Shown: positions 22,444 through 33,912 of the stretch, piece after piece
How the letters are laid out: every line of letters begins with the position of its first letter
Numbering within the stretch: position 1 is the stretch's first letter
From: Phaeosaccion multiseriatum
Lineage: Eukaryota; Protista; Ochrophyta, other classes
Assembly: GCA_965112735.1 (NCBI GenBank)
Contig: OZ218952.1
Span: 5,084,001 to 5,148,000, forward strand
Length of the DNA: 64,000 nucleotides
Direction of reading: 5' to 3'
Notes under the pieces: model-generated
What the model was told of the DNA's origin: nothing
Database searches by the model: none
Seen by the model: only the letters and a program-made list of their open reading frames with translations
Position numbers and translations under genes: made by a program

Positions 22444-23462
22444 GAAGCCGATCTTCAAAACGAAGAGCAGGGCTGGAGTATGCAGGCTCTCCACGGGCCG
22501 GCACAGCTGCGACGAAAGGGAGACAGAACAAAGGGGGCGGGGGGGGGGGCAAGAAGACAGAGTGTTACGAGCGACAAACAGGCCCAGTAATCCCTGCCCT
22601 GCACGCCCCTCAAATGAATAAAGCAGGAGCCTGCAGGCAATTGGGCGGGCACACCAGAGAGGAGGCAGACAAAGTGCATCGGGATGGAGATATTGTTGAG
22701 CTTGGCACCGTGGACACTTGGTCCTCCAAACAAACATTCCGTCGATATCACGCTTGCAGTCCTTCTCCTTCCCCCCCCTCATGTCAACTCTGTCCTGCCT
22801 GTCCAGCAATGTGTGAATGACGGAAGGTCTGTTGAGATATATGGGCCAAATGTCCACGGTGCCATTCAATCGCTGGGTCCAAACTCAACAGACCTTCCGT
22901 CAATTCCACAGTCACATTGCAGCCATTTCCACGTTGGAGTCTTCTCCTTTTCTTCCCTCATCTCTGTCCTGCCTATCCCGACTTGCTCGCCGCTCCTCAA
23001 ACGCTTATACCTGTCACGTGATTCACTCCGCACCTCGCTCTTCTGTTGCCTCTCTGTCTAAGGAAAGCAAGTCTCTCAATTGTGAATGTCTGGAGATCGG
23101 CCCCAGGCGAGGTTTCTCTGGCTCCAGATAAGCAGAAAGCCGAGAAGCCAGCACTGGCCTGCGGCCAGAAGCCCGAAGCCAGGAGGGGGGTACGGCCCAG
23201 AAGCCAGGAGTCAGAGAACATTGGCAGGTTCTAAGATTCTAAGAAACTACAACGTAGAGAGGGGTAAGCGGGGGCTCACTTCTGGCGACGATGTGGTTCA
23301 TCAACTGCTGCAGCAGGGTCCGAAACTGGCAAAATTTCTCTCTTGTACCATAGCAGACCATAGCAGAGCCACCACGCTCCACCACAAGCTTGACTTTGGC
23401 GAGTGCCTAGAATAATCGCGGGCCATGCCGAGAACCAAAGGAGAAGGGAAGGGGAGGGGGTG

Positions 23463-26347
23463 ATGACGGTGACAGCCAGGCAAACAAGGCCGTGTCTCAA
23501 ACAGAGGGTAAGCGCCATGACCACCAGAGCAGTAGAAAGTGGAGGAGGCGGGGATAGTAGGAAGGCAAAGCAAGATACCCGAACACTCTTGGCGGAGCGG
23601 CAGGCGACAATCGACGCGCACAACACGTTCGAGAGAGGCGTGTCTGCGGCGAGCGAGGGCCTTCACGACAACGCTGTGCTCCTCTTCACCAAGGCCATAG
23701 ATACCTGCGGTGGCAACCGGAGCACCTACTTTGCCGCCCGAGCCAAGAGCTACGAGGAGATTGGGGAGAGCAAGAAAGCTTTCTACGACTTAACCGAGGC
23801 TATCCGGCTCAATCACAGAAAGGTGATCTGTTGTCTCAACCCTTCTTGAAACACAGCCATGCCGGGAGCATCGCCTCTCTCGCTTCGCATACACCGACTG
23901 ACACTCCTCTCTTCCGTCCGGCGTCCCTGCTGCATCACCCCTCCCTCCTCAATTCACCTCAAGTCGATGTACTTCTTCCTCCGCGGCACGAGCTTGCTCA
24001 AGCTGGGGCTCCCCGAGGACGCCCTCCTGGACCTCGCCAAGGCGTGTCGGATGGAGCCGGGCAAATCCACCTTCCACTTCAGCAGAGCAACCACGCTGCA
24101 CCACAGACTACACAGGTATTGTGCGGTGCGAGAAGAGGGGAGCCCTCGCCTTCATTCGATGCATTGCTTTGCTCGTGTCTACTCGTCTCTGACTGTCTCT
24201 TCTGTCTCTGTCTGTCTCTGTCTCTGTCTCTTTCCCCCACTCTCCTAACCTGGTGGCGCAGACACAGGGAGGCGAGGGAGGCGTACGGCGCGGCCATGGC
24301 CAGTGCGGGGAGATACGACTTAGCTCTGAAGGCGCGCTGCCTCCACTCGAGGGGGGTGTGCAACTTCGAGGTGAGGCCCCAGGCGGTACATAGAGCGACT
24401 CCGGGGGGGAGGGGGAGGGTGATGAGAGGAGGGGGGAGCGAGGCTAAACTCACATACACACTTGCACAGAAAGATAGAGATGAGGGAGAGAGAGAGGGGG
24501 GGGGAAGGGCTGGCCCTACTGCGCATGGAACGGACCCTTACCCGTGCCCAACCGCCAACAATCGACCACTCTTCCCTCCTCCCCTCCCCTCCTTAACCCT
24601 CTCCTCAGATCGGCAGGAGCGACTCTGCCAAGGTGGACTTGGAGGAGGCCCTCAAGCACTCATCGCACGGCCTGGGCTTCCCTCGCAGCGAGACGATGCT
24701 CTGCCTGGCCCGCGTGAGCGTTGACCTTGGCCTACACAAGACCGCAGAGCGCTTGCTCAGGGAGGTGGTGCAAGTACACAGGGACGCCGCCCAGGCAGGT
24801 GAGTGAGGGAGGGAGTGAGGGAGCGAGAGAGTAAGTGAGTGAGCGAGTGAGTGAGTGAGTGAGTGAGTGAGTGAGTGAGTGAGTGAGTGAGTGAGTGAGT
24901 GAGTGAGTGAGTGAGTGAGTGAGTGAGTGAGTGAGTGAGTGAGTGAGTGAGTGAGTGAATGAGTGAGGGAGTGAGTGAATGAGTGAGGGAGTGAGTGAGT
25001 GAGGGAGTGAGTGAGTGAGTGAGAGAGTGAGTGAGTGAGTCAGTGAGCGAGTGAGTGAGTGAGTGAGTGAGTGAACGAGTGAGTGAGTGAGTGAGTGAGT
25101 GAGTGAGTGAGTGAGTGAGTGAGTGAGTGAGTGAGTGAGTGAGTGAGTGAGTGAGTGAGTGAGTGAGTGAGTGAGTGAGTGAGTGAGTGAGTGAGTGAGT
25201 GAGTGAGTGAGTGAGTGAGTGAGTGAGTGAGTGAGTGAGTGAGTGAGTGAGTGAGTGAGTGAGTGAGTGAGTGAGTGAGTGAGTGAGTGAGTAAGTGAGT
25301 GAGTGAGTGAGTGAGTGAGCAGCGGCATAGCACGGGGCCACCACTGTCTTGGGCTTCGCTCAGGGAGAGGCCGCAGAGCAGGGCAGGTCATCCTTCCCCA
25401 CGCCGATAAAAGAGCGGCAGCCTTCACATACACCTCCCTCTAGGGGAAGGGCTAGACTCTGATGGTGCTGCCCCAGAGCTGTCGCAGAGCTGTCGTAGAG
25501 CTACCCCAGAGCTGTCCCTGGCCCGACTAAAGCCCTCTTGCTAACCCCACCTTCTTTTTCCTTTCCCCTGTCTTCCTCCCCGCACCTCCCCTGGAGCAGA
25601 CGAAGCCGCGGCGGACGCTCTGTTCGAGCTCGGGGCTCTGCTCTTCGAGGAGGGCGGGAGGGACACGGAGAGTGTGGCGTGCTTCACCGAGGCTATCGAG
25701 GTGTCCAAGGAGTGGGCGCGTGCATTGGGCGTGGGGGAAAGCAATGCGCACAACGCAAAGTACTTTGTGCATCGGGGCAAGGCGCGCTCGAGGCTCGCGC
25801 TGGAGGTGGGTACGGTTCCCTTATGACGGTTACGGCAGTTACGGCCTGTGGTCCAGACCTTGGTGTTTTCACGTTTACAGCTCGGCTGAGGCGGTTGGTG
25901 CTTGGACGGCTGAGGCAGCTGACGCAACTGAGGCATCTGTGGCAGCTGTGGCAGCTGAGGTAGCTGTGGAAGCTGTGGCAGCTTGGCTTTACTGAGCAGC
26001 AGACCGGGGTAGGGGGTGCACAGGCTTTGCCCTGGGCAGGGCTCTGCCACGCACAGGCTTCGAGGTCAATGAATAAGCAAACTGAAACTGAAACTGAAAC
26101 TCGAAGTCACTTGTGCGTGCGCTGCGCAGGTCAATGCCGGTCTGGAGGAGGCCCTGGCGGATATTAAGGTGGCGCTGGGCCTGTCTGCGCGGGATAGAGC
26201 GACGCCCAACCCAGAGTTCCAGTACACAGCGGCACTGCTCTACGCCCGACTTGGGCACTTCGAGCAGGCACTAGGCCTGTTCGAGGAGGTCATTGCCTTC
26301 AGGGAGGAGGAGGAGCGGGAGGAAAGGGAGGGGCAGCAGTTGGTAGT

Positions 26348-26394
<47 letters not shown>

Positions 26395-29300
26395 GGGGGG
26401 GGAGGAGGAAAGGGAGGGGAAGGGGGCGGAGGAGGGGAAGGGCGGGTGACGGTGAGGGGCGGGGCAGGGGCGGGAGCACGGCGGCTCGCGGTGGGGCAAG
26501 AAGCGAAGGAGTTGGGATGGCAGTGGATGGGGACGAGGCCCCAGGGGGGCGGCCTCTGGCCAGAGACACCAAGAGGGTGGGCGGCGCGCTGGTCACGCCG
26601 AGGGAGGGGCGCAGGCAGGACGAGGCTGTGGGAAGCGTCAACCACTGCAGGTGCGTGCGTGTGTGTGTGCGTGTGTGTGTGCGTGTGTGTGCGTGTGCGC
26701 GTGTGTATGCGTCTCGCCGAGGGGATACTTAGTGCCGATGCATTCGCCGAGTGCATTCGATGAAAGTGTCTGTTCAAGCTCAATATCCCTCTCCTACCTC
26801 GCCAGACACGAGGCCGCGGTGTGCCTGTTCAAGCTCAAGCGCGGCGAAGAGGCACTTGTGATGGTGCAGAGCGCGCTGCAGAAGGATAGCCTCGACGGGA
26901 GCAAGTACCAGCTGAGGGGCCTCATACACCTCGATCTCGGAAACCTTGAGCAGGTGTGTGGGCGCGTGTGCTCGCTCCCTTCCTCCTGTCGTGTCTACAC
27001 CGCTGTACTCTATTCCTCTCTTCTCCTCTCTGCTACCCCGGCACGGTCCTCGGTTGCTCCCCGACACCCTCCTCCTTCCCTCCTGCCCTCTGCCGCTGCT
27101 GCTGCTGTGTGCTGCTGCCCCGCCACTCTCTGCCGCTCTCCGTCCGTCTCACTGTCGCATGTCCCGTGTGTGCTGTGTGTGCTGTGTGTCAATTGCGGTA
27201 TGTATCAGGCCGAGAAGGATCTTTCGGCGTGCATTGCTCTGCAACCCTCGCAGCCCGAAGCCTTCCTCTTCAGGGGCCGAGTGAGAGCGGCACTCGACCG
27301 CCACGCCGACGCGCTCCTCGACTTCTCGCGCTGCCTCAGCCTCAGTGAGCGCGTCCTGCAGAGCAGTCAGCGACAAGCGATACAGAGCGGACAAAGCCAA
27401 GAAGCCAATGGACCCCAAGGGGACGGCCGAGACGCTACTCCAGCTCCGGCCTTTGGGGCCTTTGGGCAGCCGCAGGAGGGGGAGGAGGGGCAGGAGGGGC
27501 AGGAGGACGTCGTCGCCACTGCTGCCAACAGCAATAGCAATGGCAATGGCAATAGCGAGGGCTCACCCCCCCGCCGAGCAACCACGGCCAAGGCTTTGAC
27601 TGAGAAGGAGGAGAAGGCGCTCCGGGATGCGGCAGCAGCGGCGGCAGCAGCGGCGGCTGTGGAGCCTCTGATCGGACCCTTGTACCACGCGAGGGCTCTG
27701 TCGAAGCACCGCCTTGGCGCCCTTAGCGCGGCGAGGAGGGACTATGCCCGCAGCCTGCAGCAAGGAGGGAAGAGGGGGGGTGTCAGGACAGGCGGAGGTG
27801 GGGCGGGGGCGGTTACTTGGCGCTTGCTGTGGCACCGCGCGGTGTGCCTGGTGCAGTCGGGTCTGCAGGGTGTGCCGTCCAGTGGCCAGGCATATGGGCA
27901 GTTGGGCGGTGGGCAGGCATACGGGCAGTCGGAGGGGGGTAAGGAGGATGGGCCGGGCTTAGGCCTCGAGGAGAGCTTGGCCAAGTGCGTGGAGCTCGCG
28001 GACCAGCAGGGGCTACCCACGGTGAGGGAGGGAGGGAGGGAGGGAGAGAGGGAGTGGGTGAGTGAGTGAGTGGGTGAGTGGGTGAGTGGGTGAGTGGGTG
28101 AGTGGGCGAGTTAGTGATGGAGTGAGAATGAGTGAGTGAGTGAGGTTGGGCAGTACACTAACCCTTACCCTAGCATTACAGACAAACAAACCTACAGAGT
28201 AAACAGGAAAAACTGAGCGCTCCGTCTGCTGCCATCCCCCAGGAAGTGCATGTTGCCCCACCCCTGCCCCCCCACCTCCTGCCGCGTCCCTCATGCCCTT
28301 GTCTGCACCTTCCTTCCCGGTCCCCTGTGCCCACCACCATCCATCGATTGCCATCCCATCCACTGCCATCCCATCCACTGCCATCCCATCCACTGCCATC
28401 CCTTCAGATCTGGCTGCTCTTGCTCGAGGTGGGACTCATTTACTCCGCCATGAAGCCGCATGACCCAAGGGCCAACTGCCTCGCGTGTCTTTACCTCCAA
28501 GACGCGGTGGCATGTAGGCCGCTGGATACAAGGGAAGACGGGTGGGTAAGGCAGAGAGAGATATCGCTTTACTATCACTTCGGCCTGAGCCTGGCGAGGA
28601 GGGGTGATTTGCTGCAGGCCAAGAGGGCCTTTGGGAGAGCAATTAGGGGGTGGAGGGAGCAGAAGGGGAGAGAAGAGGGTGTTGGGGCGGATAGCAGTGA
28701 GCCTCCGTCTGGGGGGAAAGAGGGAGGACGGGGGGGGGGAGGGGGTAGGAAGTGGGCAGAGTATGAGGGGAGGCGGAGGGAGGAGGAGGCGGAGGAGCAG
28801 GAACAGTTGCGGCTGTTGGAGATAGCGTGCTTCAAGGAGAGGGGCAAAGTGCTACAGGCGCTCGCGGGGCAGCGGGAGGAGACCGAGGGGGAGGAGGGGG
28901 AGGAGGAGGGGGAGGAGGAGGAGTGGGATGAGGAGGAGGGCGAGGGGGAGGAGGAGGCGGCGGAGGAGGACGAGGAATGCAAGGGGATAGGACGAGGAGG
29001 AGCAAGAGGCGCACACACCACACCGGACCTCCTGGGCCATCACCACTCGCAGCGACGCACGCGCCCACAAGGCGGCCCCATCCACTGCCATCCTCCCCGC
29101 GTGGCGTCCAAGTCGCTGCTGATGCGTTTGGCGGTGGCGGATTACGATGCGGTGCTGCAGAGGGATCCACGGGACGGGCAGACGCTGTTCCGCAGAGGGT
29201 GGCTCAAGAAGGCACAGCGCCGCTACTCGGAGGCAGCGGATGATTTCGAGCGCTCCAAGCTGCTCCTGCTCCTCCTCGAGGAGGGCGGCCCTGTCTCAGG

Positions 29301-29685
29301 CAATGGTTTACACACAGGCACAGGAGGGGCGGGCGGGACGGGCGCGGGAGGCGGCGCTCAGCAACAGCAGCAGCACCACCACCACCACCAGAGCAGTACC
29401 GGCAGAGGCAGGGCGTCCATCAGCGTCCAGCGGCAGCAGCAACGAGGAGGGGCATCCCGGGAGGCCCTCAAGAGCCGCACCAGCGGCAGTAGCAGCGGTG
29501 TTGGTTCCGTCAACGGCAGCCGCAGCGCCCCGCCCGCCCCGCCCAACCCGTTCGCGGCAGTGGACTACAAGAACATTGCGGAGGTGGGGTTGGTGGAGCT
29601 GGATGAGGAGCCCTTTGTCATGGGCCTCTCGCTCTTCCCCACGCTGCCCAACCGACACCCCAAGGACAGGCTGCTGGTCGACTGA
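23463..29685 (+). CDS. Multi-exon tetratricopeptide-repeat (TPR) protein
   Basis: TPR-like helices such as AVLLFTKAI..STYFAARAKSYEEIGESKKAFYDLTEAIRLN, FLRGTSLLKLGLPEDALLDLAKACRMEP, AFLFRGRVRAALDRHADALLDFSRCL and TLFRRGWLKKAQRRYSEAADDFER. Introns are GT-AG. The start may be 23463 or 23517. Confidence 0.88.
24799..25320 (+). repeat. (GAGT)n microsatellite, ~520 bp, starting at an intron donor of the TPR gene
   Basis: Directly visible; it follows CAG|GTGAGT. Confidence 0.97.
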
Positions 29686-30158
29686 TGCTCTGAGGCAGTA
29701 CGCAAAACAACACCCTCCTGTCGAGAGAAGGGGGGCCGCCCGGATGTCGAGAGAAAAAGAAGAGAGAAAGAAAGTTCAAGTTGAGAGAACTTGTATATAA
29801 AAATTCCTCGGTGAAGCGGCGCTGTGCCCCTTGCCCTCCCGTGCTACTGCTCCTATTGCTGCTACTGCTGCTCTCTGCTGCTTCTGCTATCATACATAAG
29901 GGCATCCCTCCTCTTGGGCAGAAGTCAGGCCCAGAAAAAAGAGGGGGGGGGAGGAGACTCGTGCGGGCTCCTTCCTTCCGACCACCCTTTCGAAGATTCT
30001 CGTGGACTTCCCTCCTACCTTTCTCCCAACATTGACCACCCTTATGGTACATTCATACAATCTGTGTGCAGGAATTACACGCTTCAACCCCCTGTCCAAT
30101 CTCGTATCTTTCGTGACGCTCATGCTTTCGAAACACTGTGCCTCCGCTCCACGTAGCT

Positions 30159-30365
30159 CTATTTCTTGCCTCCGCCGCCCGAAGGAGGGGTGTACGTAGA
30201 TCCGCCGCTTCCATTGTTGTAGTAGGTGCTGCCGTTCGAGTTGCTATAGTAATACGATCCGTTCGTGTTGGAGTAGTGATAGGAATGAGAAGGGGCCGAC
30301 GCCTGCTGGGGGGCGGGCGTGTTGTACGTGTTCCCCTGGCTATTGACTCCGTGGCCCTTCGGCAT
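30159..30365 (-). CDS. Small (68 aa) Y/N/S/G-rich hypothetical protein
   Basis: Intronless ATG ORF with NSQGN...SYHYSNTNGSYYYSNSNGSTYYNNGSGGSTYTPP. It resembles small uncharacterised proteins I recall from fungi; no search was run. Confidence 0.75.
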   Translation of the reverse strand: MPKGHGVNSQGNTYNTPAPQQASAPSHSYHYSNTNGSYYYSNSNGSTYYNNGSGGSTYTPPSGGGGKK

Positions 30366-30745
30366 TGTTAACGTCCTTTTTCTTTAACGTGGGGTGGTTG
30401 CTTAGTGTCTGGTTGTTAGGATAGTAGAGGGGGGTGGAAGGGGGGTTTGAATTTTCGATTTTTTCAAGATACGCAGGCGCCAACTGTGATTGTTGAGGCA
30501 CCAACACGCGAGGCGTGGTCGGCGAACGATCCTTCCCTTTTTGCCCTCTCCAAAAGCGCCACACAAAAGGCAGAGGAATCAGAGGAGAACCGGGCGCGTA
30601 AGAAGGTCCACCACGGGAATCGCCGCAACTCTCAAACTTTGAGCCATACCTGGGTGTGCCCGGGGCAATCGATAGTCACCAAGAGGAGAAGAAGAATCGA
30701 TAATCAACAACAGCAGAAGAAAACAGTAGCAACAGAAGAGAAGCT

Positions 30746-31684
30746 ATGGGATCTGCTCCTGCCGATGTTGCGCCGACGTTTGAGGCGTGTGAGGAGGCTT
30801 TGGCACAGGCTGTAGTGCTCAGCATTGTCATGAACGGTGTTGGCGAAGGTCATGACGCATTTGTAGCGACGGTGAGCAAGGAGTGGAAGGATCACTACAG
30901 ACGTGCCTATCCCGCCAGGACGACGTCTGAGCTGAGTGTGGTGGAATCTGTGGAGCGCGTGCACTGGGCGAAGCGCTTCGGGCGTGCGCTGAGTGAGGAG
31001 ACTTTCGAGGTCGCTGCCACACATGGTGACGTTAAAGTGTGTATGGCCCTCCACGGAAAGGGCTGCCCCTGGTGGGATGAAGGCGTTTGGAAGGCAACGG
31101 CAAACAATGCGCAGCATGGCCTGAGTGTCCTCCAATGGCTGCGATCCCTAAATCTTCCCGGAGAGGAGAGGTGTCCATGGGATGAACTTGCTTGTGGATG
31201 GGCTGGAGAAAGTGGGCATCTCCAGATGCTACAGTGGCTGCTTTCGGAGGATGTGAATGCTCCATTTCACTGGAGCAGTTGGAAGCTGTCTTGTAGGGGG
31301 GGGCACATTCCCGTGGTGGAGTACTTGCTGAAACATCCTCGCACGAGGGCTTTGATGGAGGAGAATGAAGATGGAGCGTGGCGCTGGGGTGCTGTGTGGG
31401 CTGCTGAAAAGGAGCAACTCGGGGTATTGCAGCTCCTCCACGCTAATGCTCGCCACCTCGTCGATTGGAATGCGTGGGTCTGTCGCGCAGCAACCGTGAA
31501 TGCCACGAGCCTGGCAATGCTCAGGTGGTTGCGATCAGAGGAGGTGCGGTGTGCGTGGGACGAAGAGTCGTGCCCACAGGCCCTCAGAGACGGAGGGGTG
31601 TTTTCATTTATCGGCGCCAAGACCTTTGAGGAGATGAAGCAGTGGGTACATGCCAGCGGCCACCCCTGCAACTGCGAGGACTGA
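30746..31684 (+). CDS. Intronless ankyrin-repeat protein (GCPWD-type repeats)
   Basis: Repeated A..GH..LQWL...CPWD motifs (GCPWWDE, CPWDELACGWAGESGHLQMLQWL, CAWDEE) in a 312-aa ORF. Confidence 0.85.
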   Translation: MGSAPADVAPTFEACEEALAQAVVLSIVMNGVGEGHDAFVATVSKEWKDHYRRAYPARTTSELSVVESVERVHWAKRFGRALSEETFEVAATHGDVKVCMALHGKGCPWWDEGVWKATANNAQHGLSVLQWLRSLNLPGEERCPWDELACGWAGESGHLQMLQWLLSEDVNAPFHWSSWKLSCRGGHIPVVEYLLKHPRTRALMEENEDGAWRWGAVWAAEKEQLGVLQLLHANARHLVDWNAWVCRAATVNATSLAMLRWLRSEEVRCAWDEESCPQALRDGGVFSFIGAKTFEEMKQWVHASGHPCNCED

Positions 31685-31746
31685 AGACTATGAAACCGAC
31701 CCTCGGCAACGGAGGAGCAGGCGGACGAGGACGAGGAAGAGGAGGA

Positions 31747-31777
<31 letters not shown>

Positions 31778-32030
31778 GGAGGGGAGACCGAAACTGGATG
31801 TTAACGAATGTTGTACAAAGCAAGGGATCGGTGGGGGCAACCCAAGGGCCTGAAGCACCCGCTCTTTGAGCGGGGCTTGTATGTCGCCGGGCATGGCTGG
31901 GGGAGGTCGAGAGACGAAGCAAGTGCTGGGGGCGTGCCCGGACTTCAAGATTGAAGAGATCTTGGTTTCTGCACTTTGGTGGAGGGCTATTTTCCTTTTC
32001 GGAACAGCCCCAACGCCTGAGGAGGGAGGT

Positions 32031-32667
32031 GCGCCGGCCATAATCAGTACTCAGGCTGATCGGCTGGCTGATCGGCTGGCGGCGCACGAGCGAGGTGTAC
32101 TCTAGCTACGGCCGCTCGACTACTCATCGATGTGCTTTGCCAGAAGTCCCTTTTACACCATAGCTATGCCGCCCTTCGGCCAGTACTGGACAGCCTCACG
32201 AAGCAGCGAAGCAACATGATGCTTTACTACTATTAATGATGACTCGATTGGTGCGACATGCAAACTATGTGACCACGTGACTTGGGCAAGTTGCTGCCCT
32301 CACATGGTGCTCTGACCCGACCCGATGCAGCCTGGGCATAACCAATCTCCCTGTGGCACCTCCGTAAGAGGGGGCTTGAGGCACCCCCCCCCGAGGTGGT
32401 ACTCTGCGCCGCAGTACAGCCTTCGCCATCACAGAGTATCGTTGTCTGTCCTGCCACTTGGTCGAGATGGCAGACGGTGCACGCTGTGCCAACCCTTCGC
32501 TTCTTGCCCTTGTGCAGCCATGTCTGCGTAGCTCCCAGGACCCCCTCTCGCTCGCCCACGGGATGATGTCGTGGTCACCACACGGCTCCCACCCTTCGGG
32601 CTGGCGCCGGCCATAATCAGAAAAATTTGGTTACGGCCGGCCGGCGCCGCCCGTAATCAGTAATCAG
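32031..32667 (-). pseudogene. Frameshifted PHD-finger fragment between short direct repeats; probable TE relic
   Basis: CTVC...ILCDGEGC continues in a shifted frame as [24 protein letters not shown]. The 17-bp repeat gcgccggccataatcag lies at 32031-32047 and 32604-32620, with a degenerate third copy at ~32644. Confidence 0.65.
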
Positions 32668-33912
32668 ATAATCATGTCCAGGGCCGACGAGAGGTGTGGA
32701 GTACCATAGCTAGGCGCACATATTTGGACAGGGCAAGCTACTGTGGAGGGCTGGGCTCTTGCTTTGGCTGGGAGAGGACAAGGGCTCATGGTTGGGGTCG
32801 AGGGACAGGGTGGGTGGGTGAGTGAGTGGATGGGTGGGAGAGAGGGAGGGGAGTGCGAGTGATATTAAAGCCCGCAGAAAGGAGAGAGTTCGAGTGAGCT
32901 TCAGCGGATTGCGTTTCCGATTAAGTCCTCAAATAGCCAGCCCCCATTCTCTCTCCTGTGCTACTGCCGTGCCTCAGCAGATTACGTTTGCGACTAAAGT
33001 CCTCAAATAGCAAGCCCATATTCCTCTCTCTCTCATATCTCCTCACTCCCGTCTTCTTTTCTCCCAGTGACTTACGCCCTCGCCTTGTGTGTGCCGGGGG
33101 GGTCAATCACCGTACGCAATGCCCAGAGCACCACAGCACGACGGAGCTTCTCCATCCACTCATATACACTAGGAACCCCTCATTTGCGTGGAAGGCGTCG
33201 TTGTCGTTGTCAGAAGCGCTTGGAAGCACAGCCAATAGCCTGGGCTCCTGTCTGCTCCGTGAAGCCAGGCATTCTGCGGCTCAGCGTTGGGTTTGAGTGC
33301 AGCGGTAGGCAGCGTAGGTATAGCGGTGGTAGTGACACTCCAGCATCCCCCCCCCCCCGCATTGGCCCAACGGCGTGCCTCCATTGCGTGCTCCCTCTCG
33401 TGTCTTTGTCAGACCCTCTCATCTTGCTTGTCAGACCAACTCTTCTTGTCTCTTGTCACGAGGGGCAGGATAGAGGAGGGCAGTCGGGCCCTGGGCCTTA
33501 GCCACCGCCCCTCTTGCTCACTACCTCGCCTGCTCACTTGTGTAGCGCACTTGCTCACTTTTGCGCTCGCTAAGCTCGCTTGCTCACTTGCTTAGCTCAC
33601 TCGCTCACTCAGGGACACGTTGGGCATGGCAGCGAGGCCCGACAAGAAGTCGTCCGCACCCATTGTCCAATCCGGCAAGCACAACCACCTCGGGCAGCGA
33701 TGATCTCGAGCTATCGCACAGTGCAGGGAGGGGCGCGTGGAAGGGGCTGCCAAGTGTGACACCACTGGACAGGTTGGGACCTCCTCCTATCCATTGCATA
33801 GGCATGTCCTGTGTGCCAGGCCATGCCAGGCCATGCCTGCCTCACGACGTCACACCCTCCTCTCCCGCCCTTGCGTCGTCTTGTGTCCAGCCCCTTCTTG
33901 CTCGCCTCCTCC

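Noticed and set aside
24732-25433. (THSL)n ORFs
   Set aside because: They are translations of the (GAGT)n microsatellite on the antisense strand.
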